DNA of 64,000 nt from Candidatus Aminicenantes bacterium (GCA_963702005.1 OY969696.1:2464001-2528000), one strand, 5' to 3'. Positions 27,886 to 37,816 are shown, counted from the first letter of the stretch. Numbers and translations are program-made. The notes: a model not told the origin generated them from the sequence alone.

Positions 27886-27963
27886 TGGTCGGGGAGGTGG
27901 GATTCGAACCCACGACCCCAGCGTCCCGAACGCTGTGCGCTAGCCAGGCTGCGCTACTCCCCG
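27886..27963 (-). tRNA. tRNA-Pro(CGG)
   Basis: CGGGGAG/CTCCCCG acceptor stem, CAGCG-TTCGGGA-CGCTG anticodon arm, GTTCGAATC, encoded CCA. Confidence 0.96.
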
Positions 27964-28067
27964 GGCCAGTTGGCGCCATCCATTATAACCTGATTCCAAA
28001 AAAGTGCAACCCCAACTGAGACTCGCCGCTTCCTCGGAAGGGCTCGGGGGTGGAGATGCTTGTGAAT

Positions 28068-28859
28068 TCAGGCTGGCCTGAAGCGGGCGACTTGGGGATG
28101 GGCTAAAAATTCCCAGCGCCCGCGGACGCCGGCGGACAGGGCCCCCAGCTCGAGATGGACCATGGCGATACCGCAGTCGAGCCGCTTGGAGACGCGTCCG
28201 GCGTCTTTTTCGGTATCCGCGCTGACGAGGATGGAGTCTTTCTCGATGCCGAAGCGCCATGGCTGGCGGTTGACGGCCGAGGGCGCCAAGCGTGCTGCTT
28301 CAAGGGCTTTTTCCATCCAGGGTGCGGAGGGGATCCCCGACATTACGAGCTCGGACAACGGTTTCTTTTTCGTTGCCCTGACGAGCCCTTTCATGAGCTT
28401 TTCGGCGCCGGCTAATGCCTCGGGCGCGTGCCCGACGGGTGTTACGGCCAAGATTCGTTCGCCGGCCGCCAAGCGAAGGCAGGCCTCCGCCGCTTCGCGC
28501 CGGAAGAAGCCGCCCACCCAGCAGGTTTGGAGGCCGAGCGCGGTCGATTCGAGGATGATGCCTTCGCCCGTGTAGCCGACGGCTTCCTGGAGGCGGGGCG
28601 CGGCCTCGATGCCGATGAAGGCGATAAAGGCGGGCGCGGCTTTGATCCGGCCGTAGCCGCCGATGAGGCCTTTAAAAATATTTTCAGGAGCTTGATCGAC
28701 AAGATCCGCCCGCGCTTCGGCGAAAGGCCGGAACTCGCCGCAAGCGCGCGCCAACCGAACCCGGACTTCGGTCCCGAGCGGCCGACCCGTGAAAACTCGG
28801 CGGGAGGTCCTTTGGAAGATGGCCGGATGCCAGCGCTCCCAGGGCAGGCTGGTATTCAT
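28068..28859 (-). CDS. Nitroreductase family protein (two-domain)
   Basis: R.SRR.F, GL.TCWVGG, ARLAPSAVNRQPW.F, D.GIAM.H. Confidence 0.85.
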   Translation of the reverse strand: MNTSLPWERWHPAIFQRTSRRVFTGRPLGTEVRVRLARACGEFRPFAEARADLVDQAPENIFKGLIGGYGRIKAAPAFIAFIGIEAAPRLQEAVGYTGEGIILESTALGLQTCWVGGFFRREAAEACLRLAAGERILAVTPVGHAPEALAGAEKLMKGLVRATKKKPLSELVMSGIPSAPWMEKALEAARLAPSAVNRQPWRFGIEKDSILVSADTEKDAGRVSKRLDCGIAMVHLELGALSAGVRGRWEFLAHPQVARFRPA

Positions 28860-28869
28860 GGCGGCGTCT

Positions 28870-31584
28870 CTATCCGGTCCGATAGACCTTTTTCCTGAGA
28901 TAGGCTTTGATGAGCTCCATGCTGACCAGGACGAAGGCGCCGAAGCCAAGGATCATCTCCATGTCCTTGGCCGAGGGCATCAGGACTCCGAAGGACCGGC
29001 GCAGGGAAGGGATGAGGACGAGCCCGAAGGTCAGGACGAGCTGGGAAAGGACCGACAGGGCGAGCCACTTGTGGGGCCTGAGCTTGAAGAAACTGTATTT
29101 GATCGACCTCGAATTCAGGGCGACTAAAAGCTCGATGACGATGAACAGGAAAAAGACCTCGGTTCGGGCGTGAGCGATGTCCTTGAGGTCGTGGAGGAAG
29201 ATGAACAGGAAGAACGGGCTCCAGAGAAAGACGGCCATGACCAGGAAGATGACGAAATCCTTGGAGAAGACCTTTTCGTTGGGGTCGCGGGGCGGCCGCT
29301 TCATGATGTCGGGGTCGGGTGGCGAGATTCCCAAGGCCAGGGCGGGCAGGCCGTCCGTGGCCAAGTTGATATACAGGATGGCGGCGGGCAGGAGCGGTAG
29401 ATATTCGGGGCCCAGAGCCAGGACGCCGCCCCCGATGACGATGACCTCGATGATGTTGCAGCGGAGGAGATATACGAGGTATTTCTTGATGTTGTCGTAG
29501 ATCCAGCGGCCGCGCTCGATGGCCGCTACGATCGTCGCGAAGTTGTCGTCGCTGAGAACCATGTCGGCGGCTTCCTTGGCGACGTCGGTCCCGGTGATCC
29601 CCATGGCGACGCCGATGTCGGCCTGCTTAAGGGCCGGGGCGTCGTTGACGCCGTCCCCGGTCATGGCCACGACCTCGCCCCGTTTCTTCCAGGCCCGGAC
29701 GATCTTGATCTTGTCCATGGGTGAGACGCGGGCATACAGGGTGACCTTATCCACGATCCGCTCCAACTCTTCCTCGCCCATCTTCTCGAGGTCGTCGCCA
29801 GTCAGGGCCAGGTCGCCCTCCCGATAAATCCCGATCTCCTTGGCCACGGCCAGAGCCGTCAGCTTATGGTCGCCCGTGATCATGACCGGCTTAATCTTGA
29901 CCTCGCGGCAAGTCCGGATGGCCTCCTTGACCTCGTCGCGGGGAGGATCGATCATGCCCTGGAGTCCGAGGAAGGTCATCTCGGCCTCGAGGGACTCGAC
30001 CTTCGTCTCGAGCTCGCCTTTGACCTCCCGGCAGGCGAACCCCAGGACGCGAAGGGCCCCGCCGGCCATGGCCTCGTTGGCCTTATGAACGGCTTCTCGG
30101 TCCGGCCCGGTCAGGCTGCGGACGGCGCCGTCGGCCATGATCCGCGAGCAGCGCTCAAGGACGAGCTCCGGCGCGCCCTTCATGAAGGCGAACGTCCGGC
30201 CGTCCTCCATACGGTGAATGGTCGTCATCCGCTTCCGTTCCGAGCTGAAGGGGATTTCCTCGACGCGCTCGTTCTCGATCCGGAGCTCGACCGTGTTCAG
30301 CCCCGCTTTGGCGGCGGCCACGATCAGCGAGCCCTCGGTCGGATCGCCCTTGACGAACCACTTGCCGTCCTTTTCGTCCAGCGAAGCGTCGTTGCAAAGG
30401 ACGCCGGACTTGAGGAGGAGGTCGAGGGTCTGATCCGTGAGCGGAGAGGCCGCGCCGTAGCCCTTGAATTCGCCCTTGGGGTCGTAGCCGGCGCCGCTGA
30501 CCTCGGCCATCCGGCTCGAGACGAAGACCTTGCGGACGGTCATCTCGCCCTTGGTCAGCGTCCCGGTTTTATCCGAGCAGATAACGGTCGTACAGCCCAG
30601 CGTTTCAACGGCCGGCATCTTGCGGATGAGGGCGTTCTTCTTGGCCATCTGGTGCATGCCGATCGCCAGCGATCCGGTGACGATGGCCGCCAAAGCCTCG
30701 GGGACGGCGGCCACGGCCAGGGCGATCGCGAACATAACGAGCTGGATGAGGAAGGGGAGGGTGATCCGGCCTCCCGGCGTCAGGCCCTCCCGGACGACGC
30801 TGATGGCGACGATCAGAAGGCAGATTACGAGGGAGATGATGCCCAGCCACTTGCCGATCTCGCGGGTCCTTTTTTCGAGCGGGGTTTCGACCTTTTCGAC
30901 CTGGGCGACCTCCTCGGCGATCTTGCCGAACTCGGTATTGGCCCCGGTGTCGGTGACGACGGCCTTGCCGCGGCCGTAGCTGACCGTCGTCCCGGTGAAG
31001 ACCATGTTGCTGCGATCGCTGACATGGAGCTCCGAGGGGAGCGGCCTGATGTCCTTGTCAACCGGGACGGATTCCCCGGTCAGCGGGGCTTCGTCGCACT
31101 TCAGGGAAGCGGATTCGATCAGGCGGGCGTCGGCCGGAATCTTGTAGCCGGCCTCGAGGAGCATGATGTCGCCGGGGACGACATCCTTGGTCGGGATGTC
31201 CTGCTCACGGCCGTCGCGGATGACCCGGATAATGGGCGACAGCATCTGCTTTAGGGCTTCCAGGGCCCGCTCGGCCCGGTACTCCTGGACGAATCCGAGG
31301 GCGGCGCAGAAGACCACGATAACAAGGATCAGGGCGGCATCGAAGATCTCGCCGACCAGGGCGGACAGGACGGTCGCCACGAGCAGAATGATGATGAGGA
31401 CGTTTTTGAACTGGCGGAAAAAGACCGTCCAGGGCGATGTTTTTTCCTCGGCTTTTAGCTCGTTGGGACCGTAGGTTGCCAGCCTGTTTCGGACCTCGGC
31501 GTCGCTCAACCCGCGGACGGGATCGGTCCGGAGTTTATCCAGGGTTTGGGCGGCGTCCAGGGCGTGCCAGGGTGTCGTGTTCAT
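28870..31584 (-). CDS. P2A-type (Ca2+-like) cation-transporting P-type ATPase
   Basis: TGES, PEAL, DKTGT, KGAPE, MITGD, TGDGVND, NLATDG. Confidence 0.92.
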   Translation of the reverse strand: MNTTPWHALDAAQTLDKLRTDPVRGLSDAEVRNRLATYGPNELKAEEKTSPWTVFFRQFKNVLIIILLVATVLSALVGEIFDAALILVIVVFCAALGFVQEYRAERALEALKQMLSPIIRVIRDGREQDIPTKDVVPGDIMLLEAGYKIPADARLIESASLKCDEAPLTGESVPVDKDIRPLPSELHVSDRSNMVFTGTTVSYGRGKAVVTDTGANTEFGKIAEEVAQVEKVETPLEKRTREIGKWLGIISLVICLLIVAISVVREGLTPGGRITLPFLIQLVMFAIALAVAAVPEALAAIVTGSLAIGMHQMAKKNALIRKMPAVETLGCTTVICSDKTGTLTKGEMTVRKVFVSSRMAEVSGAGYDPKGEFKGYGAASPLTDQTLDLLLKSGVLCNDASLDEKDGKWFVKGDPTEGSLIVAAAKAGLNTVELRIENERVEEIPFSSERKRMTTIHRMEDGRTFAFMKGAPELVLERCSRIMADGAVRSLTGPDREAVHKANEAMAGGALRVLGFACREVKGELETKVESLEAEMTFLGLQGMIDPPRDEVKEAIRTCREVKIKPVMITGDHKLTALAVAKEIGIYREGDLALTGDDLEKMGEEELERIVDKVTLYARVSPMDKIKIVRAWKKRGEVVAMTGDGVNDAPALKQADIGVAMGITGTDVAKEAADMVLSDDNFATIVAAIERGRWIYDNIKKYLVYLLRCNIIEVIVIGGGVLALGPEYLPLLPAAILYINLATDGLPALALGISPPDPDIMKRPPRDPNEKVFSKDFVIFLVMAVFLWSPFFLFIFLHDLKDIAHARTEVFFLFIVIELLVALNSRSIKYSFFKLRPHKWLALSVLSQLVLTFGLVLIPSLRRSFGVLMPSAKDMEMILGFGAFVLVSMELIKAYLRKKVYRTG

Positions 31585-31665
31585 TACGGCATCCTTGATT
31601 TCAAAGATTGTTTTGCAGGCGCTAATGATACCAGATGCCGCTAGCTTTTCAAAATAATTGGAAAT

Positions 31666-31719
31666 AATTCTGGGGACACACGACTTAATTCGTGAATTAA
31701 GTCGTGTGTCCCCAGAATT
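31666..31719. repeat. Perfect 54-bp palindrome (26-bp arms, 2-nt spacer), REP-like
   Basis: aattctggggacacacgacttaattc-gt-gaattaagtcgtgtgtccccagaatt. Confidence 0.9.
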
Positions 31720-31788
31720 GACTTTAGCAATGAGAGGGAGTAATTTTAATCCTTTGCCTATGATTGGATATTATCAAGGAGTTCATCG

Positions 31789-33942
31789 ATGAAATGTATC
31801 CGTCGGTTCGCCGTTCTGATTTTAGTTCTGGCCGCGGCTTTGGCCGTCTCGGCCGACGAGGGGATGTGGCTGCCCCACCAGATCAAGGACCTCGCCCTCC
31901 AATCCCAGGGTCTCCGCATAAACCCGGACGACCTCTATAAAAAGGACGGAACGGGCTTGATGAGCGCCGTCGTCAACCTGGGCGGCGGGACGGGCGAATT
32001 CGTGAGCCCAGACGGGCTCATCTTGACCAACCACCACGTTGCCTTCGGCGCCCTCCAGCGGGCTTCGAGTAAGGACAAGGATTATATCCAGGACGGCTTC
32101 ACGGCCATGAGCCGCGCCGAGGAAATTTCCTCCCCGGGCTACATCGCCGACGTCCTCCTCGGCTACGAGGACGTGACGGCCCGTGTCCAGGCCCGGTTGA
32201 AGCCCGGCATGACGCCCCGCCAACGTTATGACGCCATTGAGAAAGTTCAGAAGGAGCTCGTCGCCAAGGCCGAAAAGGCCGCTCCCGACCTTCGAGCGAC
32301 GGTCGCCTCGATGTACAGCGGCAACCAATATTTCCTGTTCACCTTCAAGCGGCTCAAGGACGTCCGGCTCGTCCTGGCCCCGCCCCTTGACCTCGGGGAC
32401 TTCGGCGGAGAGGTCGACAACTGGATGTGGCCGCGCCATACCGCCGACTTCTCCTTCCTGAGGGCTTATGTTTCCAAGGATGGGATCGGCGCCGACTTCA
32501 GCGCCGAGAACGTCCCCTACAAGCCGAAATCCATCGTCAAACTTTCTCTCGACGGCTTCAAGGCGGGCGACTTCACCTTTATCATGGGGTATCCGGGACG
32601 GACTTTCCGGAACAACACGGCCTCCGAAATCCGGGTCGACGCCGAATCGATGACCCGCCGGATGGCCTATTTCAAGGACATCATCGCCTTTTTCGAGGAG
32701 GCGGGCAAGTCCAATAAAGAGGTCGAGATCAGGTACGCCAGCCTGGTCAAGGGCCTCTACAACGGCCTCAAGAATTACCAGGGCAAGATCGAGGGCTTCG
32801 AAAAGATCGGCTTAGTGGACAAAAAGAAGGCCCAAGAGCAGGCGTTTCTGGACTGGGTCAACGCGAGCCCCGATCGCCGGGAAAAGTACGGCTCCGTCCT
32901 CGCCGCTATCGACTCTTTCATAGAAGCCTATGCCGCCGACGCCCGGAAAAACGAGGTCCTGACGAACCTCGTCAGCCCCTACGGCGGCTCCCAGGTCCTC
33001 AGCATGGCTTATACGATTTATCGGGCGGCCGACGAAAGCCGCAAGCCCGACATGGAGCGCGAGCCCACCTTCCAGAAGCGGAACCTGCCCTTCATCAAGC
33101 AGGGCCTCCAGCTCGCCGAGCGGGGCTATGATATTGCCACGGACCGGGCTTATCTCAAGCATAGGCTCCGGATTCTCAAGGCCCTTCCCGCCGGCCAGCT
33201 CCCCAAGGCCCTCCAAGAGCTTTTCGCGAACCGTTCCGATAAGGAGGTCGAAGCGTTCGTGGACGGCCTGTACGACACAACGGCCCTCGGCGATCCCAAG
33301 AAACGGCTCAAGATGCTCGATATGACCCCGGCAGCGCTGGCCAAACTCAAGGACCCGGCCGTCGAATTCGTAGCCGGGCTCGAGAAGGAGCTTAAGCTCC
33401 TCCGCGAGGAGAGCAAGGCCAAGGGCCAGGAGCGCCAGGACCTTAAGAAAGCCTACGAGGCGGCCCTCCTCGAACAGCGGGCGGGGAAGATGGCGCCGGA
33501 CGCGAACGGTACCATCCGGCTGACCTTCGGCCCGATCGAAGGCTACAAGCCCAAGGACGGCGTCTATTACCTGCCCCAGACGACCCTGAGCGGCGTCCTC
33601 GAAAAGGAAACCGGCGAGTTCCCGTTCATCGTCCCGGCCAGGATCAAGGACCTCTACAAGGCGCGCGATTTCGGACGCTATATGGACCCCGTCCTCAAGG
33701 ACGTCCCGGCCTGCTTCCTGAACACGACCAACGTCACGGGCGGCAACTCCGGCTCCCCGACCTTCAACGCCAAGGGCGAGCAGATCGGCATCATCTTCGA
33801 CATGACCTACGAGAGCGTCGTCGGCGATTACTACATCATCCCCGAGTTCCAGCGCTCGATCAGCGTCGACGTCCGCTACGTCCTGTTCGTGACCGAAAAA
33901 TTCGCCGGGGCTGCGCACATCATTAAAGAGCTCGGATTTTGA
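31789..33942 (+). CDS. S46 family dipeptidyl peptidase
   Basis: Signal peptide, ADEGMW, TNHH, DNWMWPRHTADF, PDANGT.R, TGGNSGSP. Confidence 0.93.
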   Translation: MKCIRRFAVLILVLAAALAVSADEGMWLPHQIKDLALQSQGLRINPDDLYKKDGTGLMSAVVNLGGGTGEFVSPDGLILTNHHVAFGALQRASSKDKDYIQDGFTAMSRAEEISSPGYIADVLLGYEDVTARVQARLKPGMTPRQRYDAIEKVQKELVAKAEKAAPDLRATVASMYSGNQYFLFTFKRLKDVRLVLAPPLDLGDFGGEVDNWMWPRHTADFSFLRAYVSKDGIGADFSAENVPYKPKSIVKLSLDGFKAGDFTFIMGYPGRTFRNNTASEIRVDAESMTRRMAYFKDIIAFFEEAGKSNKEVEIRYASLVKGLYNGLKNYQGKIEGFEKIGLVDKKKAQEQAFLDWVNASPDRREKYGSVLAAIDSFIEAYAADARKNEVLTNLVSPYGGSQVLSMAYTIYRAADESRKPDMEREPTFQKRNLPFIKQGLQLAERGYDIATDRAYLKHRLRILKALPAGQLPKALQELFANRSDKEVEAFVDGLYDTTALGDPKKRLKMLDMTPAALAKLKDPAVEFVAGLEKELKLLREESKAKGQERQDLKKAYEAALLEQRAGKMAPDANGTIRLTFGPIEGYKPKDGVYYLPQTTLSGVLEKETGEFPFIVPARIKDLYKARDFGRYMDPVLKDVPACFLNTTNVTGGNSGSPTFNAKGEQIGIIFDMTYESVVGDYYIIPEFQRSISVDVRYVLFVTEKFAGAAHIIKELGF

Positions 33943-33966
33943 TCCGGAAGCAGAGGAGGACTTCCC

Positions 33967-34167
33967 ATGGCAAAGTTTCTACTTTGGCTCATCCTTCTCG
34001 TCATCTGCTGGCCGGTCGCCCTGCTGGCTTTAATTATGTATCCCCTGGTCTGGCTGCTGTCGATTCCGTTCCGCCTGGTCGGAATCACCATCGACGGCGT
34101 CTTCCACCTTTTAAAAGCGATCATCATGCTCCCGGCCAGGATCCTGTCCGGCCCCAAGAAAACCTGA
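33967..34167 (+). CDS. Small hydrophobic membrane protein
   Basis: SD GAGGA; 66 aa, mostly hydrophobic (CWPVALLAL..YP.VWL...PFRL). Confidence 0.7.
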   Translation: MAKFLLWLILLVICWPVALLALIMYPLVWLLSIPFRLVGITIDGVFHLLKAIIMLPARILSGPKKT

Positions 34168-34266
34168 CCCGGTCCGTGGAATGAAAGCGCTGCGAATCCG
34201 CGACGATATAAGGGCAGGATCGGGGGGATGTGTCCCTCGTCTCATGTTTAATATGGGAGGATTATC

Positions 34267-37200
34267 GTGAAAAAACTGTTCAGCGCCATCTTATGTCTTT
34301 TAATGGCCGTGACGGCTTTGTCCGCACTGGACGAGGGCCGGTTCATGCGCTATCCGACGATCCATAAGGATAAAATCGTCTTCACTTATGAGGGCGACCT
34401 GTGGACGGTCGGCGGCCGGTGCGACACGGCCGTCCGCTTGACGACGGCCCCCGGCACGGAAACGGCCGCCAAGTTCTCCCCGGACGGGAAGTGGTTGGCC
34501 TTCACGGCGACCTACGACGGCCCCCCCAGCGTGTATCTCATGCCCGCCAAGGGCGGAACCCCCCGGCGCCTGACTTACACGCCGGGCTCGGCGTTCGTCG
34601 TCGGTTGGACGCCCGACTCCGAGCGGATCGTCTTCCGCTCGATGTTCGAAAACGTGGTCGGCCGCGATCCCAATCTCTATTTCGTCTCCCGGGACGGCTC
34701 AGCCCCCGAACGTTTTCCCCTCGACCGCGGCGTTTTGTGCAGCTTCTCGCCCGACGGCCAAAAGATCCTCTACGCCCGCCGCGGGAACGAGGAATATTAC
34801 TGGAAGCGCTACAAGGGCGGCCAGTACCAGGATATCTGGATGTACGATTTTAAGACGAACGCCTTCGCCCCCGTCTCCGACTACGTCGGCAAGAACGCCT
34901 ACCCGATGTGGATCGGTTCGGCCATGTACTTCGTCTCGGACCGGACGAACGGCATCGCCAACATCTACCGAGAGGATCTGGCCGGAAAGCAGGTCGAGCA
35001 AGTCACCCGGTTTGAGGATTTCGACGTCATGATGCCCAATACGGACGGCGAGCGGATCGTTTTCATGCAGGACGGCTACATCCACGTCCTGGATATTAAA
35101 ACCAATGAAGTCCGCAAGGTCCCGGTTCTCGTCCCTTCGGATCGCTGGGCCCTCCGCACTAGGGTCATCAATCCCAAGGACTATATCCATTACGCCGGCG
35201 TCTCGAACGACGGGGAATTGGCCGTCCTCGAGGCCCGCGGCGACGTCTTTACGGTCGGCGTCGATAAAGGCAAGGCTCGCAACTTGTCCCAAACCCCGGG
35301 CACCCGCGAGATGTACCCCCAGATCTCCCCGGACGGCAAAACCGTGGCCTTCTTCTCGGACAAGAGCGGCGAGTATCAGCTCTACCTCCAGAAGGTCGAG
35401 GGCGGGGAGTGGACACCGCTCACGACGGCTCTCGATCGGACCAGCTACCATCTCATCTGGTCGCCGGACGGGTCGAAGATCCTGTTCGGGAACAAGGACT
35501 TCGCCCTGTTCTACGTCGAGGTCGCGACCAAGAAGCTGGTCAAGGTCGACGAGTCGAACCTGCTCAAGAACGACGAGTTCACCTGGGAGATCAGCGACTA
35601 CGGCTGGTCGCCCGACGGCAATTGGATCTGCTACACTCAGGTCCAGTCCAACCGGAACAGCCAGGTCTTCATCTACAGCTTGGCCCAAGGGAAGCGCTTC
35701 GCCGTGACCGGCGATTTCTTCGACAACCTCAGCCCGACCTTCGACGCCGACGGGCGCTTCCTCTATTACCTGTCCTCGCGTAATTTCGAGCTCAAGATGG
35801 ACTTCTACGAGGACAACCACGTTGTCGCGACGCCCTATCAGGTCATGGCCGTCCTGCTCAGGGACGGCGAGACGCCGCCCTTCGTCGAGGTCGATGCCGA
35901 AGCCCCCGCCAAAAAGGACGAAAAACCCGCGCCGTTCCGGATCGACCTCGAGGGCTTGGCCAAGCGGACTTATCCGCTCCCGGTTCCGGCCGGAAACTAT
36001 TTCTATCTCAAGGCCGGCAAGGGCAAGGTCGCCTGGTGTTCGGTCGACGCCTTCAGCGAGGACGAGTACGAGGAGATCTTCGCCCCGCGCGGGGCCACCA
36101 AATGGGACCTCCACATCTTCGACATGGCCTCCAAGAAGGATGCCGTCCTCGGCGATAAAGTGCGTGACTACGCGGTGTCCTCCAACGGCGAGCAGATGGT
36201 CATCGGCAAGGAAGCGGACTTCTACGTGACGGCCTGGGACAAGGCTTATCAAAGCAAAGCCCTGGGCGACAAGCTCAAGCTCCAGAACCTGGTCTATACG
36301 GTCGACCTCCAGAAGGAGTGGAGTCAGATCTTCAGCGACGCCTGGCGCTGGTACCGCGACTTCTTCTACGATCCCGGCATGCACGGCCGCGACTGGAAGG
36401 CGATGGGCGAGAAGTACCGGGCCTACATCCCCTCCCTCTCCTCGCGCGAAGAGCTCAACTGGGTCCTCCAGCAGATGGTCGGCGAGCTGTGCGTCTCCCA
36501 TACTTATATAGGGGGCGGCGATTACGGCCCGTCCGGGCCGTCCTCGCCGGCTCCATACACCGGGTTGCTGGGCGCGGACATCGTCGCCGACAATCAGGCC
36601 GGCCTCTACAAGTTCAAGCGGATCTACGGTCCGACCGAATATAACTTAAACCTGCCCGGCCCGCTCGTCCGGCCCGACCTGGACGTTAAGGAAGGCTATT
36701 ACCTCCTCGCCGTCAACGGTCAGGAGGTCAAGCCGCCCGACGATTACTTCAGGCTCCTCCAGGTCATGCCCGGCCAGAAGATCCGGATCACGGTCAACGC
36801 CAAGCCGACCGCTCTGGGCGCCAAGACCTATGAGGTCGAGCCGCTCCGCAGCGACCAGCAGCTCCGCTACTTAGCCTGGCTGACCGGGAACATCAAGAAA
36901 GTCCTGGAGGCGACCAACGGCCGGGTCGGCTACATGCACATCAACGCCATGGGCTCGGGCGGGATCGGCGAGTTCGACAAGTTCTGGCGGGCTTTCCGCT
37001 TCAAGGACGGGATCATCATCGACGTCCGCCGAAACAGCGGCGGCTGGACGGAGTATTTCCTGATCGACAAGCTCGAGCGCCAGATGACGTCCTTCAACGT
37101 CCTCAAGAACATGGTCCCGATGCGCTACCCGGGCACGGCCGGGAACGGGAACTATGTCGTCATCTCCAACGAGAACAACGGCTCGGACGGAGAAGCCTTT

Positions 37201-37518
37201 GTCGACCATTTCAAGGCGCGCAGGCTGGGCAAGGTCGTCGGCGTTCCCTCCTGGGGCGGGCTGGTCGGAATCCTCAACCGGCAGACGACGATCGACAACG
37301 GCTCGGTCGAGCAGTCCAACAACGCCTTCTGGGGACGCGACGGCAAGTGGATCGTCGAAAACCACGGCGCCGACCCGGATATCCTGATCGACAACGACCC
37401 GGCCTCGGTCATGGCCGGGAAGGACCCCCAGCTCGACAAGGCGATCGAGACCGCCCTGGACATGATCGCCAAGAACCCGTTCCGCTTCCCCGAACGCCCG
37501 CCCTATCCTAAGAAATAG
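34267..37518 (+). CDS. Tricorn-like protease (S41)
   Basis: Signal peptide, YEGDLW, SPDG propellers, PDZ, GEL..SHTY, DVRRNSGG, GSDGE, ENHG.DPD. Confidence 0.93.
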   Translation: MKKLFSAILCLLMAVTALSALDEGRFMRYPTIHKDKIVFTYEGDLWTVGGRCDTAVRLTTAPGTETAAKFSPDGKWLAFTATYDGPPSVYLMPAKGGTPRRLTYTPGSAFVVGWTPDSERIVFRSMFENVVGRDPNLYFVSRDGSAPERFPLDRGVLCSFSPDGQKILYARRGNEEYYWKRYKGGQYQDIWMYDFKTNAFAPVSDYVGKNAYPMWIGSAMYFVSDRTNGIANIYREDLAGKQVEQVTRFEDFDVMMPNTDGERIVFMQDGYIHVLDIKTNEVRKVPVLVPSDRWALRTRVINPKDYIHYAGVSNDGELAVLEARGDVFTVGVDKGKARNLSQTPGTREMYPQISPDGKTVAFFSDKSGEYQLYLQKVEGGEWTPLTTALDRTSYHLIWSPDGSKILFGNKDFALFYVEVATKKLVKVDESNLLKNDEFTWEISDYGWSPDGNWICYTQVQSNRNSQVFIYSLAQGKRFAVTGDFFDNLSPTFDADGRFLYYLSSRNFELKMDFYEDNHVVATPYQVMAVLLRDGETPPFVEVDAEAPAKKDEKPAPFRIDLEGLAKRTYPLPVPAGNYFYLKAGKGKVAWCSVDAFSEDEYEEIFAPRGATKWDLHIFDMASKKDAVLGDKVRDYAVSSNGEQMVIGKEADFYVTAWDKAYQSKALGDKLKLQNLVYTVDLQKEWSQIFSDAWRWYRDFFYDPGMHGRDWKAMGEKYRAYIPSLSSREELNWVLQQMVGELCVSHTYIGGGDYGPSGPSSPAPYTGLLGADIVADNQAGLYKFKRIYGPTEYNLNLPGPLVRPDLDVKEGYYLLAVNGQEVKPPDDYFRLLQVMPGQKIRITVNAKPTALGAKTYEVEPLRSDQQLRYLAWLTGNIKKVLEATNGRVGYMHINAMGSGGIGEFDKFWRAFRFKDGIIIDVRRNSGGWTEYFLIDKLERQMTSFNVLKNMVPMRYPGTAGNGNYVVISNENNGSDGEAFVDHFKARRLGKVVGVPSWGGLVGILNRQTTIDNGSVEQSNNAFWGRDGKWIVENHGADPDILIDNDPASVMAGKDPQLDKAIETALDMIAKNPFRFPERPPYPKK

Positions 37519-37816
37519 GGGCCGCGGCCCGGGCGATCCCCAGGCTGACGAGGAAAATGATGAGGCACGCCGCGAGCGGATCGGTCTCCTTGAAAAGAAT
37601 CTCGGCCAGGCGCAGGAAGAATTCGTATTTCAGGACGTAGAGGCAGAAGAAAAAGCCGGCCACGAGCGGCGCGATGACCCGGAGCGAAACGCGGACTCCA
37701 ACCCGGAGATGAAAAAGAAAAAAGGCCGAGCCGGGCGCCAAACCCTCGACGCTCATGGAAGCCCTGAGTACTGCAAGGCTGGGTAACGTCGGCGAACGGG
37801 TCACCTGTTCCTTCAA
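37508..37816 (-). pseudogene. Probable truncated membrane-protein gene whose 5' part is repeat copy 3
   Basis: Two TM-like segments; the ORF ends inside the tricorn 3' end; TTG start; repeat spans about codons 6-25. Confidence 0.4.
37741..37800 (-). repeat. Modular hairpin repeat, copy 3 (short hairpin form)
   Basis: Minus strand cccgttcgccgacgttacccagccttgcagtactcagggcttccatgagcgtcgagggtt. Confidence 0.8.

Noticed and set aside
27016-27963. Genomic island integrated at tRNA-Pro(CGG)
   Set aside because: No duplicated tRNA 3' end or integrase seen; the GIY-YIG protein is the small stand-alone type, not a homing endonuclease.
31585-31665. yybP-ykoY riboswitch upstream of the P-type ATPase
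   Set aside because: No GGGGAGUA core on the coding strand.
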